Assembly: GCF_009914755.1 (NCBI RefSeq)
Contig: NC_060942.1
Length of the DNA: 64,000 nucleotides
Source: the human T2T-CHM13v2.0 reference genome, Homo sapiens
Direction: 5' to 3' (one strand)
In this document: positions 12,230-27,500 of the stretch, in pieces
Layout: every line of letters begins with the position of its first letter
How positions within the stretch are numbered: the first letter of the stretch is position 1
Program-made: the position numbers and the translations under genes
Notes under the pieces: generated by a model
Seen by the model: the letters and a program-made list of their open reading frames with translations, nothing else
Told to the model about the DNA's origin: nothing
Database searches by the model: none

Positions 12230-13370
12230 TAAAAAACCTTAAAAAATAACATTTGTATAGATCCTATAGACCAACAAGTATTAAAAAGATAATACATGGA
12301 TATTACACTTTGCTATTACACTTGAACAAATTCACTGAAAAACGTTACTTAGCAAGAACAACACAAAAAATAGAACATTTTACTTTACATATCTATTAAA
12401 TAAATCAAATCTTTAAGTGAAAACCTTCCCATAATCAAAGTTTTCCAAATAGTAAAGAAGTAACACTTTAAAAAAAAACAAAATTTTAAGGAAAATGCAG
12501 TTTTTCTAACTTGTTTTATGAGGATCACAAATATTGAAAATAATCCTAATGAAGATGTTAACATTAAAAATCAAAGCCCAATTCTTTCATTTAGAATGAA
12601 GCAAAGAAACAGTTTTTTGAAAAAGCAAATCAAATCCAACAATAAATATAAAAAGAAGAATATAGCAAGACTGAGCGGTGATTATTCCAGGAATGCAAGG
12701 TTGGTTTAAGTTCCAAAAATCAGAAAAATGCTAAATGCTCATCATCACAGACATAGAAAAAAAAGTTTAAAAATGTTAAAATTCACCAATTCTCTTTTTA
12801 AAAAAAAATTATAAAACTAACATTAAGAGGGACAGTCCTTAATGAGATAAAAAGGCATACATAATATTTAATATTAAAATATTAAAAGCTTCCTTCTAAG
12901 ACTTTGAATAAGACAATGATTTCTGCATTATTGCTTATATTTGCCAGGGTGCTGAAAATCCTAACCAGTCCCAGAGAAAGCAAATACAATTAAATATGTA
13001 AGGAATTGTGCCTAAAGAAATAAAGTAATTATTTACAACTTACATGATTACATATAGAGAATACTCAATAGTAGCTACAGAATAACTTTTAGAATTACTA
13101 AGTGAATTAAATAAAACTGTTGACTACAAGGCCAATACTTATTAAAAATCTATTTCTACAAGTAAGAAATAAGGAAAAATTATAATATCAACAACACAAA
13201 AATCAGAGACGCAAGAGGTCTAAAGGAAACTATAAAGTATTTTTGAAAGAAATAAAGAAGGCCTGTATTCATACTTTATAAGACTCAATAATGAAAATGT
13301 CTATTCTCCCACCATAGATTTATAGATTTAAAACAATCCAAAATCAATATCTATGAGGTGTTTTTGAGTG
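12230..13370 (+). mobile_element. Highly decayed L1M ORF2 (RT region)
   Basis: TTATTCCAGGAATGCAAGGTTGGTTTAA (FIPGMQGWF-like), AAAGCTTCCTTCTAAGA..., ACATGATT..ATATAGAGAATACTCAA. Confidence 0.7.
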
Positions 13371-13409
13371 TGTGCGTACACAAACTATCTTAATGCCTTT
13401 CTATAATTT

Positions 13410-15340
13410 TCTAGTTATTTAATAATGTAAATACTGTGTAACAAACTACCACAAGGCTGATGTTCTATATGTCATGGTTTTGATTGTAAGGACTTCCAAT
13501 AGGACATGACTGTTTGATTCTATTGTGACAGGGTCAAAAGTAACCCCAAGCCCTCACACAATCAATGGCAAGATGAAATAGTGTGCAGATCTTGCTAAGA
13601 GAAGTGCATAAGAATACTTAACCACTTTTAATCCACAGAAGCTCAAACTGTGGCCATGTATTTAAAATTCCTCCCTTATACAAAATGTACTTTCTTCTCC
13701 AAAGGCCCCCAAAGCCTCACTCTCTTACATAATTAACTCAAATACAGGATTTTATTATTTAAATCAAGTGGATTTAGACTATCCAGGGGTGCTTCCTCAC
13801 ATATGATTCCTGTTTATGTAAGGAGAAATTAGGTGAATTGATCCCTGTTTATGATTCCTGTTATGTGAAACAAATTAGGTGAATTTTTTCCCTTCATAAA
13901 ATCAACATAATAATGACAAGAGAGAGACATGAAAATTACAACAGGTATTCTAATTCTGAAAGGAGTGATATGAAGGTACATAGCAGTCATGGATTCGTGG
14001 TAATTCAGAAATCTACTTCATTTGATATTGTAGTTTCTTGATTAGGACACAGTACTACTCCCCACGGCCTTATGAGTTATTTTTAATTTTACTAATAAGT
14101 GGTCTATGTTTACAGCAGCTGAGTATTATTCTCAGCCTGTTTACTTCCTGTAGAAATAATACCAAGGTTACAAAGGCCTCTTTTCATTTTAAACTATCTC
14201 TGCATTTTGCATCTAATCTGATACAATGGCTTTAAAATGTTGATTGGTTTCCTTTGTATCAAATTAATTCAATTAGCCGAAACCAAACCACTTGTTTTGA
14301 TAGAGTAACTTCTCTAGCTTTACTTATAAGATATGATATCTTGGGGCCATAAAATCTTTCTTTGTAAAAGCATTTCATATTGACATGGAAGCATGATTTG
14401 ACAAATCTTAACGCATTTATGCCCAGTTTTCCATTATTGGAACACTAAGCTTGTGGGAGTTATTTATATCCTGCTGCTCAAGGTAATTTCCAAGGTCTCA
14501 TTTTTCACCAAAAAAATTTGCAACCTCTGGCATAAATGGGTTAATGACCCACTTGTGCAGCAGAGTCTAGGAGACATTCAGTTTATATTTTTAGAAGCCT
14601 TACTAAGCAAATTCATGTATCTTTTTTGTGATCTGATGAAAGGATCTTACAGCCACATCCTTGATATCTGTATTCTCAGGCTATGGATAACTAGTTGAGC
14701 CTTTGATTTGATTTCTGGCATGTATTCATTTATAACTTTGAGAGTCTTTTTCTGGTAGAAACTAGGAATATGCAACAATTTTATTTTCAAACCCAGCATG
14801 TCTTGGGGCCTTTATAATGACTCTAAATTCTGCCAAAAACAGAACAGTTTTTTCTTTATCTCATTATTTTTTTGTAATTCATCATAGATGTCAAGAAAGA
14901 GTATGGAACTTGCAACATTATGCCTGCAAATATCCTTGGCCAATCCTCAGAGATCATTAGTTACTCTTTCTATGTTCCTGATTACACGTTGCTTCCTTCT
15001 TGCTTGTAATAACATTTTCCTCACTGCTTTTACATTTCTTGTTAATAATCCCCTTGAAGCTCTTCCACCATTCAGTGACAGTCTCCCAGGGCCCTTTTAA
15101 GCTTCTCCCTTACCCACCAGGAGGAAGGAAATAAATATCCCACTCTATATAAGGAATGTCAGAGCACTTGTGGCCATGTTTATTCTGCAGTACATGACAA
15201 TGATACAAGCACAAGAGAGAAAGCCTTACCATAAAGCACATATGGAGTGTCAGTTTCATCATACCACTTTTGCTAATATCTCTTTCGCTGATTCCAAAGT
15301 CAAGGGGCAGGAAAGTGCACCCTTCCATCTGTAGGAATAA
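13410..15340 (-). mobile_element. Old MaLR (MLT1) LTR/internal remnants, interrupted by MER85
   Basis: GTGTAACAAACTACCAC, TTCCTCACTGCTTTT and CAGCCACATCCTTGAT resemble MLT1/MLT1-int. Boundaries are uncertain. Confidence 0.45.
14412..14540 (+). mobile_element. MER85 (piggyBac PGBD3-derived MITE)
   Basis: TTAA|CGCATTTATGCC...TTCCATTATTGGAAC..TAAGCTTGTGGGAGTTATTTATATCCT...TTTGCAACCTCTGGCATAAATGGG|TTAA, with TIRs and the TTAA target duplication. Confidence 0.93.
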
Positions 15341-18139
15341 CTGAAATGTTATAAGGTAAAGATCAAGACGGATTCATATGTGTGGTCAACAACACTGTCT
15401 ATCATCATCTGGCTGTATTTGAGAGTTAATTTGTTTCCAAGTATATGGACAAGGTTCTACTTGATTTGAAGAGAAATGTTTTGGCAAAGTTCAAACAGGT
15501 CCACAGAGTTTTCGATAAAAGAGCTCCCAATCCTAAAATATAATTACTTTCTTTTCCTCTGCCTTCACATTAAAGAATATTCAAAATGTCCTTTCACAGT
15601 ATCAAGGCAGCAGATCTAGCAGGCATTTCAGTGCCTGTCTGTGTTGAATGAGAAAGTCTTTGTGTCAGATTCCAGAGTGGGATGTCTCTGGCTTTTCGTT
15701 GAATCTGGGTCCTGTCCTGCTATATTTTTTACCAAATATACCTATTCTGTTAGAAGAGAAAATTGAGACAGAAGGAGAGACCCTGGGACGGAGAAACAGT
15801 TCTTTAAAATGGGTGTTTTCATAGTTCGACTTTACTTTTTTAAGGTTTCATATTAACTCAACCATCATGTCATCTTAAATAGAAATTTTATGCATAAAGT
15901 GAGGTTTCCTTTTTCCAGAGGGAGGCAAGAATAGAAAGAGAACAATTTGTAATGAATGCTTTTTAAAGTTAAGAGAGGTATATTTGGACATATACATAGT
16001 ACCCAAATATATACCATGATATTCAGGGGAAAAAAACTTCAAAATTATATGTATATTGTACATAGAATTATATGTATATTGTGCATATAATTATGGAGTT
16101 TTTCAATTAGGAAATAAAAAATCACACTCGTAGAATAGCTTTCAATTTAAACAAATTATGTACTATAGTATATCTAGTTTCTTAAAGTACCATTAATTGT
16201 TAATATGCTACCATTAGTCCTTAAGCATGTAATTAATATTCTACTAACAGCTTAATGTTATTTGGCATTTGTTACTAATGAATAGATGTTTAATTAAAGC
16301 CAAGTTATTCCATGGAAACCACACAGCTGACATTTTCTAATTTCTCTATGAATAGACTCTGCTTTCCATATCCTACCAGGAGGCTTCAATCTTTATTGTG
16401 ACAGCCATTAAATTTATACCAATACATGGTAAGTGGCATTGTAGCTTATTTTATTAGCAGTGTGATTGTTTTGTAAGTGAAATATTGCAAATATTAAATA
16501 TTTTAGATTATAAGTTATTTCTTTTAACTCTGAGAAGTCATGAATATCATTTTTGCTAATTTTTTCTCTTAATTCATAAACCAGAGCTACGCTAAAGAAA
16601 GAAAAACTGAATTCTATAATTATAAATGAACAAAAGTATGTCAAGATTATGTCATCACTTCTAAAAACAAATTTAGAAGCTAAAATAATATACCATAGAA
16701 AAAACATTCATTTGAATCTGACACAAATAAATCTGTGAATAAATAATTCCTGAAAGTGTTCTCACAGAGGAGAAATTATCAGTTACCTGTCAAAGGGCAG
16801 GGCTGACCGAACATGTGTGGTCATAGAATTTTCATATTCTGTGAACATAACTGACATAAGTTGAAAATCTAGAGGAATAACAATACAATGATTTGAAGCT
16901 TTTATGTTTATCCTTACTTTCTTTCAATCTATTCTTCATTTCATGATGAATATTATTATTTATAAATGTCTACTATTAAGACTGACATGAAATATGAATA
17001 CTTCTTGGGGGCATAGAGATTTTTAAATGATAGTCACTATCATTACTATTGTAGTCATTATAGGAATTTTGCATCAAACGAGGCATGCTGGTTTTGTGAT
17101 GTTTTGTACCTATTCTTTAACCCTTGTAACTTTACCTATATGCACATATAATTTATTCTGATCAAGTAGCAAATAGAATAAAATTATAAGTCAGTCTCAA
17201 GGTTTTTTTCATTATTCCTGAATGAAAATTAGAAACATCACGATGTATTCCACAAACAGGCACAATTACAATGTGTCAATTAAAGATAAATTTTAAAATT
17301 TAAAGGATTTAATAAGTTCTATTTTTAAAGTCTGCACTTTTACCCCATCTCCAAAAAAGCACACCCAAACAACAACAAAATTCTTCCAGATCTAAAACTT
17401 AAAAGAAATGGGTCAGGAAGAAGATATGTAACTCTGAAAACACTAGTAGATCCTCTAAAATAAATTGTCCTTGAAAATAATTTCTCCTGGCTTTTGTACA
17501 GCATTATTATCTCTTGTAGTCTTAACTGACTTGTTTATGATCACACTATGATAATTTTCAAGTTCTAGATAGTTCTTCTCAGAATTTACTTTAGTATCTA
17601 CCTTTTTTTTATATTTTGGTGCATCAGTTAAACATTTTATCATCCTGTTGCATACCAAAAGTGGTCATCATTATGGACATTGCACAAAGTCCATTGTAAG
17701 AGATTAAAAACATAAAACATTAATATGTATTTGCTATCTATATACCATGTAAAAATTTCTTTACATATATAGAAAATAATAAGTGAGTGGAGTTATATGG
17801 ATTTTTACCAAGGGCATTTTAATAAGAAAGGAAGTTTTGAGTGTGGATTTTCAAGATAGGTGGAAGAAAGGACATAGAAAACCCTTCATTATTTAGTGCA
17901 GCACACATTCACATAAATACTCACAAATAACTTTTTTCTGCATTATTTTGATTTTTTTAAGTAAATAATTTCTTTTCCATATCATCTTTATTAAACTATA
18001 ATCCAAAGTATTAAAATTCATTTTAAAATAGCCAAACAATATAAAGAAAGGAATACTTTTTATTCCATTAATTACTATTGGATTTTTAGAAACATAACCC
18101 CCCCTCCAGTACCATGTAACTCCAATCCAGGATAAGAAA

Positions 18140-18232
18140 TGTATGTGTGTGTGTGTGTCTGTGTGTGTGTGTGTCTGTGTGTGTTTGTATGCAGGTGGGT
18201 GTGCATGTGTGCATATGGTATATATGTGTATG
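18140..18232. repeat. Imperfect (TG)n microsatellite
   Basis: Directly visible. Confidence 0.9.
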
Positions 18233-19243
18233 TACTTAGCAAGGGTATGTTTATGTACATCAGAATAATCCCTAAAAGGATGTCGCATAATAGGCAACTG
18301 AACTAGTGAACTAGGGCATTATCACCAAAGACAAGTGCACTGAAGAAAACCTTACATATCCTCATCCTTTAAATGATCTTTGGAATACCATGAAAAACAA
18401 AAAGATAATATTGAGCTATAATAATGTTCACAAAAAAGCCCCAATAGTTCTCTTATAGAATCAGAATTATATATATTATTTCTGGGGATACATATCTGTT
18501 TTCATATCATAGAACTCATTAGGTGATTTCAAAAGAATGCTGTTTATAGTCATTTAAATGCATGAAAAGCAAATTCATACCTCTAGGTAGATGTTACAAA
18601 TCTTGAGACATGATGAAAATGCCAATGACTTTCTCTCATACAATGGTAATAAGAGAAAAAAAGGTGGTTCTTTGAAGATAAGTGCCACTTTGGCACCTAA
18701 GTTTTACTTTGGTGCCAGAAAGCGGAAGAAAATATCTAGAGCATTCTATTAAAATATCTACTTTTCCCACCCATCTTCAGGAATGGATATTTTTGTCTTA
18801 AGTAGCCTGTATTCTTCAGTCTTCCTTTTATGTATTTGTCTAATATGATCAAGGTCAATTTCCACCTGCACAACATGATATAGTTATCAATAGGTTTTTG
18901 GAGCCTGGTGCAGCAAAGGCACTGGCAGTTTCGGGAGTAGAGCTCCTATGAAGAACGCCACATTCCCAGATGGCCAAAAGCATTTGAAACATGTGTCCAC
19001 ATTCAGCAGAATTTTAGGCCTATTAAAGTTTTCAAAGGACTGCTGTAAAAGTATTTGCTTTAAATTATGTAGAAATATTGCAAGTCTGTGTAAATCATTT
19101 CTTTATAAAAGAGATGCATTATAGTGATGGTGTAAATAAAACGGAAATTTTTAAGAAAATTTTTTTACATATTTTTCCACAGTGAGTATCACAGTTTACA
19201 CCATTCTAGATATTATTTAACTCTCCTCCAAACAGGTTAGTAA

Positions 19244-19673
<430 letters not shown>

Positions 19674-20914
19674 TTACCCAATGTCTTCTCCAGTTAAAAT
19701 GGTGTCTGCTTGTTATAAACATTGCATTATATAATCCTTAAAATCTCTCTCCCTCCTTCCTCTCCTCCTTCTTTGTGTTTTCTTTTCTCTCTGCTTCCTC
19801 TTCCCCCCTTCTTTTCTCTCTCACTTTTTAAAATATTAACTAACAAAAAACAACTATCACTACTCTAGTTGTTCCCAAAGTGTAGCTTTCTGAATGTTTG
19901 AGTTAAGAAGTTATGTAGAATTGGGCTTAACAAGATTTAATGAAGAGAAAAATATTATTTTCTCTAAGACTAGATTTTGTAAAGTTACTTTTCCACATAT
20001 ACTTCTAATCATATTCTTATGTTTTATTAAAAAAAAAACCATTCTTCCAGAAAAAAGTCCAAGATTTTCCAGGAAAGTAGTTCTTACAGTATTTTGTAAT
20101 TTTACTGTCATTTTATATTTCTAAAAGAATATCTTGTTAACTTCTTAACAAGGGACAGGCATTTATTAAAAAAGAGAGTTCTTGATATATGCTTCATACA
20201 AAGAGATTGAGATTTACTTCTGATATTCAGAAAGTGGCAGAACAATGTAAATAAAATATGCCTATGAACTTAGTGTTTTGCTAAAAAGTTTTTGCCAAAG
20301 ATGCTAAAGTTAACCTTCCATATGAGGATGTATTGGAGCATTTCACATGTTGGGGTGGTGAGAAACCACAGGTCAAAGGTTTTCCTCACTATTACATTCT
20401 GGGCTACCATTTTATAGCAAACATTTGGTAATGTTCTTTTGCACGTAAGTTCAAAAAGGTATATGTCTTCAGTTTTATGTAATGAGGAAGAAAAAGAATG
20501 CAATATATATTGCAATAATATATACTCATATGTAAACATTTGTCATCGGAGTGAATGTGGATGGCAGTGGCACTTCACTGGCTTCACAGTTTCATAGATC
20601 TGCTTTAATCATTTGTGGTGTGGTCTAGAAATTGGAATTTTACAGCTTTCCAGATGATTGTGATGTCCAGCCAACGTTGAGCCCACTGCTAAAATATACG
20701 TGGAATTTACTTGAACGTGAGAGCCACAAAAACAACTCGTACAGTTTAGGGTTTATTGATGACCCTAATGAAATAAGTTTGCTGTATCAATGATATATTT
20801 ATCTAAAATGATGAACATCTCAAATATATTTTTTAGAAATCTTCCCTTGATTTATTTGACAATACACATCTGCATGTTAAAACTCTTCAATAAAGTCTCT
20901 ATGTTTACATGTAA

Positions 20915-21207
<293 letters not shown>

Positions 21208-22654
21208 TGTAAAAATATGTTTTATTATCATGTGATTATACACAGATATGTCAACATAATGCTGGCAAGAATATGAGAAAATGGCAGAGGACACATTTTC
21301 CAACATGTCCAGCATTTCTGTTTTCCATGACTATATCTCCAATTATGGAGAAAAGCAGAGATGCCTCCACACCTTTGCAAAACACTGCTTAGGTAGTGTT
21401 GTTGAGAATTATAAAGAAAATCTATAGCGTTAACGGAAAATACTTTTTTTTCAGGAAGTAAGTTATCTGTGAAAAACATTTCTTCAGTTACATTTTGTCT
21501 TCTTGCCTCCACTAATATAAAAGTAAGTAATATATTTGCAGTTCCTCATTTTATATGCACCTAATTTATTTTCTGGCATTTACTTTGTCTGAATTAATGA
21601 TGCTTTTAGGGACTCACTTTCCAATTTAAGCTATATGATAACCACAAATTCATGTAAAATATACAGTTGCATATAGATTGCAATATGGTAGTTTCTTTGA
21701 TTTTCAAATTTACAGTTTAGATATATCCAAGTTAGATCACTGACATACTTTATATGTATGTGTGTGTACATGTGCACGTGGTATGTATGTATATATTATA
21801 CATATATTTAGTTAATTTATATATAGCTAAAATATATACATACACTGTAAGAATATATATGAACACATTACATGCCATTTCAAAATTCTGTAGATATATA
21901 TATATATGACAATTCTCACTTTATTTTAGCAATGATAATTTCTTCAGTAATTAACATCATGTGGTTAATTGTGTCTTCAATATGGCTATGTTCCTAAGAA
22001 AATGTAAGAAACAATCTGGCATTTTATGATGCACATGTGTATCCTTTCTCCATAGATAAAGGACAAGGATTAAAATAAATTGCACACTGAGATTCTAGCT
22101 TAAAATGAGCCATAGTGTTCAATAATTGATTTTTACTTTGGATTTGAGCCTCAATCATTGACAATTAGCTTATCAGGGAAAGAAAATATGTGTATTCAAA
22201 TTAAAATAATATACTTCTATACTTAGCAGATTACAGTCATTTCATAGCATTATTTGCTTATTTTCTTGTACATTAGTATTGCATCATGAGTACCTTCCTG
22301 GTTTATATTTTGATTTTGTTTGTACTCTCCTTTAGTAAATGCAAAGTAGCCTATTAGAAGTTCCCACTTTACAAAGAAAAGATTTGTTTGAAATTGCCCT
22401 CAAATGGCTTAACAAACTAATCTGGGGGTTGGTCGATAGGTTGCTTAGTTTGCTGTTGCCTTATTTTTCTTCTGCTTAGTGCACTATTCACGATGTATGC
22501 TAAATGCTAACCTATTTAAGAGATTTGATTAAGCAATTTTTCTTTGGAAAAGTTAAGCTCTGATCCAAAAACTGAACTTAGAGATTGAAAAACTTAATTC
22601 TGTCAAAAGAAAAATGATTTTTTTGTTGTTGAGGGGAAAGGGGAAGGGCCAGGC

Positions 22655-22800
22655 CTTGAGGTCAGACAGACACACTCAAGCTCTGGCTCAGGAATCTTGG
22701 CAAGTTTTATAGCTACTTATTCCTCATTTCCTCACCAGTGAATCAGGAATAATGTCTGCTTTGTGGACTTTTTGTGAGATTAGGGATAATTGAATTATCT
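22655..22800 (+). mobile_element. MIR fragment
   Basis: GTCAGACAGAC...CTCTGGCTC...CTTGGCAAGTT...CCTCATTTCCTCACC.GTGAA. Confidence 0.6.
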
Positions 22801-23319
22801 TATACTTGCTCAATTCTCAAAAGTGATAGCTATTAATATGATGTTAATATGCAGCATTAATAGCTGTTAATATGCATCATAAATAATATGTTATATGAGA
22901 ATGTACACATAAGTTCTAAAATTGTTTGAATATGAAAACTTATGGTTTGTGAATTTATATCTATGTATATTTTGTTTAACTAATAATCCTTATTATAATT
23001 AAGTTTATAGATTTGTATCTTTATTTATTTTGCTTATTCTGTTATCCTTCCTAGAAGCATAATCTTAGGGTTATTTAAAATAATGTATTATGTAGAATAT
23101 CACCATTTTAAAAATAATTCTTGGACAGATCATTGAGATTTTAAAGTATTCTTTAAACATTATTCAACCTTCATTCGTATAATCTAAATATGGCAGATTT
23201 TCCCAATTTACATAGCTAAATGTTTATATTTTGTTATTAAACAACTACATATAGAGCATTCATACATGAAGAGTTTCGTTCTAAAAATTTTTATATAAAT
23301 TGGGAGGCAGATATTGAAC

Positions 23320-23620
23320 AGCCAATAAAATTATTTTATTAGAGCTAGGTAAATGCTAAGAAAGTAATGCAGAATGCTATTAGAATTTTATAATAGAAGA
23401 TCTGACAATTTGGGGAGTATAGATAGGCTTTTTGAGAACAATGTTTATGAATTGAGCTATGAATAATTCATAGGAATCGACGAGGTGAAATGTGAGTGTC
23501 TTGAAAGGGGAAGTTCTAGGCAGAGGGAAAAGATGGACTTGAGGTAGAAAAATGAAAAGATTGAAGAGTTTCAAGGTATTGTAGTTGAGAATCAGAGTGA
23601 AGTCTAGAGTTTACAAGAAG
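23320..23620 (-). mobile_element. L2 fragment
   Basis: Purine-rich AGGCTTTTTGAGAAC...TGAATTGAGCT.TGAA...TTCTAGGCAGAGGGAA. Confidence 0.5.
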
Positions 23621-24309
23621 GGATTGTTGACTTTTCAGGCAGAGGAAATGTAGGCTCTTGTAATGTTACAGATTTCTTTTTTCTTTATCTCCATAGCAGT
23701 GCTGAGCATTGGATTATTTTAGGCAGGAAAATGAGGAATCAATGATAACTGAAAGGCTATTTCAGATAGAGTCAGAAGTTGAAAGATACCAGAAATATTT
23801 AAAAATAAAGTTGATAGGTTTAAATGAGTGAAAAAAATGGTGAACTTACAAAGAGAAACACACTTGAGAAAAGCCGATCTATACACTAAGGCTCTGTCTA
23901 CTACTTCCTGGGTGTGAACCATTCCTTGGATGTAGAGCTACACACATAGGTGGTATCATCTCCCTTCAGATGGAAAACCCAGGAGAAAGCCCAGAGCACT
24001 TTGTGGGAACAGGTTCTAGGCTGTCTGGACAGGGAATGTGGGGTGCTGGTAGCTCAAGCATGGTCTGGTAGTGGGTTTATGGCAGATCCTTAGGGGGCAT
24101 TTGCCTTTAGCCTACGGATGCTTTGCCCTGTGACAGGTGCAGAGCCACACAAAGCACCCCAATATGACGTCCATTAAAACATGGTGCAAGTGGGGTTCTA
24201 CTTTCATCTGGGCTATTTTAGCCATTCTTTGAGAGGAAAGTGATACCACACCATGGGTTTGTATGACATTCCACAGAAGAGGTTGAGACCTTTTCCAGAT
24301 TCATTGGTC

Positions 24310-24515
24310 TTTTTGATATTCTCCTTTGAGAAGCAGCTATTCAAGTTTTTGCACTTTTTTTCCTAAGGGAAGGCCTGATTTTTAATGAAATTATGCAAGT
24401 TTTTAATATATTCTGGATATAAGCCCTTTGTTGGTTATTAAAAATACCTTTTTCCACTCTGTGACTTCTTTTTATCCTCTTAATGGTGCCATTTTAAGGC
24501 AATCCAATTTAACGC
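24310..24515 (-). mobile_element. L1M fragment
   Basis: TTTGAGAAG..GCTATTCAAGTTTTTGC...ATATATTCTGGATATAAGCCCTTTGT. Confidence 0.6.
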
Positions 24516-27500
24516 AATTTGGAGCAACTGAGGGATTATCAGCTCTCACTAGTGTTTTTCTCAACAAAATTTTGAAAGATCCTTTTACTTATGAAATTGT
24601 ATTTCTTTTCATATGGTTATTGAGAGCTTGCTTTTGATTTACCTTCAATGCAAAAAGATCATATGGAAATTACATGCCTTAGATGAATATTATTTCAACA
24701 ATCAAGTTTAACATATTCCTCCACCAGCTTTTTCCAGCAATTCCTCCATATGGTGTTGAATTGCTGTGAGTTTCTCTTAGGTGATAACTATTCCACTTGT
24801 ATCCACGTGCATTGCTTGCCAGTCTCAGCCTATGAATACCACATTTCTCTTCCACACATCACACACACATATTGATTTATGCATGTTTGTACACTCAAAC
24901 ACATGCTCACATCCACACAAATTCAAGCACACACGCATGCTGATACACATGCTCATAGATTATGCACACATGCTCACACACGTCAACTCACACTTTCAAA
25001 AATGCATTCACATACAATTTTTCTCTCATTTAGATCAACTGAGGGATGATTGACTCTTGGTAATATTTTTCCCTTAACAAAATTTTGAAAGATCCCTTTA
25101 TTTATAAAATCATATTAATTTTGAAAGTTGTTTTCATATAAAAAGTTTTCCCTTCACCCACTCTCTTTTATGTGCTGATATTGTCAGGGAAGTAATTATG
25201 ACCAAATAATTGGCTCTTTTTAAAAATATCCTTGCTCAGAGGCACAGAATATTATTTGGACGTTAACTGGAAGTTGAGACAACTCTTACATATTCAGTGT
25301 GTTACAAATGGGTAAAATTTAATTCTGAAGGCCATTAAAGTTATATTATGGGTTAGACTACTTTCTGACCTGTCCTGTCTGGGAATTGAATAACATTTTG
25401 AGACATGTTTTATAAAGAAAAATGGGCCATAATTTCCAAAAAAGTAAATTAAAAGTAGACTATTTATAATAGAAATATATCTGTCCAAAAATAAACTAAC
25501 TATGGTCTCAGAAGTATTCATTAAACAGTTAGTAAGCCGACTTTTTTGTCATCCAACCTGGATATTAAGTGTCAAGGTAGTATTTAAATTGCAAAAAAGC
25601 ATTTCTTATGAGTCCAAATGATTATGAAAGGAAGTAATGATGCAGAAGGTGAAAATGATATGAAAACATGGCATATGCTTTCTGAACCTGAGAAAAGACA
25701 GATTCCAATTTCCCGCTCTTTACACATCCGCTGTGTTCATATTTCTGCATGGCCTCTTGAATTTACTATATGGATTTCATGACAGGTATAAACTGCAAGG
25801 TTAAACAGGGGCAACAATTTGGCCTATTTTCATGGTAGATTGTTCCTAGAATGTTTGCCTTTGTTCTGTTGTTTGCCTCTGGTTAAGACCTGGGCCTTTG
25901 AGGTTCACCAAGATATGCCCTGGAGTCTGTTGTCCTTCCAACTTATCACCTGACAGCACTGATTGTACAGTGTAATTGTAAGTCAAAGGTAGCTTTTGGG
26001 ATATATGCTCTAATGAAGGAACCATCTGAAATTAGGACTTAAATAATAAAGGGTTCAGGGACATGGAGGCTGGTATTTGTTGTGCATTTTAATTGCAGGA
26101 CTTTGCAGCTAATTGGAGGCTAACTAAACCCCTTGGACACATTTCAAGTCACGTCAGTGGTTTTTTTTTTCTCCCCAAGGAAACTGATAGGACACACAGC
26201 TTAGTGCTGCTTTTTTCTATCTTAATTACCACATTGAATTGTGTTAATATAGATTTACTTTGGAGACATGTTCTATGATTATAACCAGGCAAACATTGTT
26301 GGCATTTGTTTTCACTCTGTGAGCATCAGACTGTAATTCAACATTTTAAAATAGGTTGTAAATTCAAAATATTTTAAAAGCAGTAAAATACTATTTAAGT
26401 ATGCACTTGGTTCAAAATTACAGAATATTGACACGATTTTAAAATCTATGAATTAAAACTCACAAGTTACTTAGAAGATTATATTTGTGTTTGTTCAGGT
26501 TTCAATATTCAGTTGATTCTAAGCCATGGTACAATAAATTCAGCTTATAAACACATACTCCAGAAAGACTGTACAAAATTTTTAAGTAATCGAGATAAGA
26601 AATAAAGAAATAAATAAGAAAGCTAAAAAAAAAGCAGTTTAACTCTCGGGAGGACGGCATGTTTATCTATAAAATAGAGTTTCAATGAAGAAATTGTGTA
26701 AGTTTCATTTGCCACAACTGAAATTCCTGAGGCATTTTGTAAAATATTTTGCAAAGCAGAACACTAAACTTCATGAGTTTGATGCATGTAAAACAAAAGC
26801 AACAGATTTTCTTGGGTAAAAACTCTAATTATAAGATTAATTTATATTTTAGGATAGAAGAATATTTTAGACTGATTTTGTGTAAAAATGTTCAACATTT
26901 TTAATTCATAAGTGTTTTTCACTTATAATACTTCGCATGTATTGTAAAAGTAAGATGTTTTAGCTTTGAATTTGAGTAAGATAATTGTTGAACTGAATGA
27001 GGTCATCATTCTTGGTACAGTTAACTAGTGTAGAATTGTGACATTTCATTGGCATTATCACAAAGGCAAGGAACTTAAAACTGTGCCCTTCCTTTTTTGC
27101 TTTGTTCTTTGTGTCACCATGCTTGGAGGTAGGCAAGCAATGACTTTGCTTTCAGAAGCCATAAGTCCTGAGGATCTGACATGGTAGCCATTACTTTTTC
27201 TAAGCCCCCTAATTCTCTTTCTTCACTTCCAAAGAGTGACAAGAAAGGGGTAATACATGAAATTAAGGCCTATAAACACACCAATTCTTACCTTATGAGG
27301 CTATCTTATCTTCTTCTGTTTTTAATCATATTAGACATTATATTTTAGCGATGTTTTAAAATAGCAGAACGAAATCGTGATCTTATAACAGTTAAGTATA
27401 AGCAGAATAGGTTATTGAGAAAGAGTAAGCTCTAATTGTTTTTAAAAGCACCTGAAAATTCCATTATGGGCTCAATCGAATTTAATGTTCATCCTTTTCT

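Noticed and set aside
17893-18297. 134-aa ORF with an HT repeat
   Set aside because: It is produced by the (TG)n microsatellite and AT-rich flanks.
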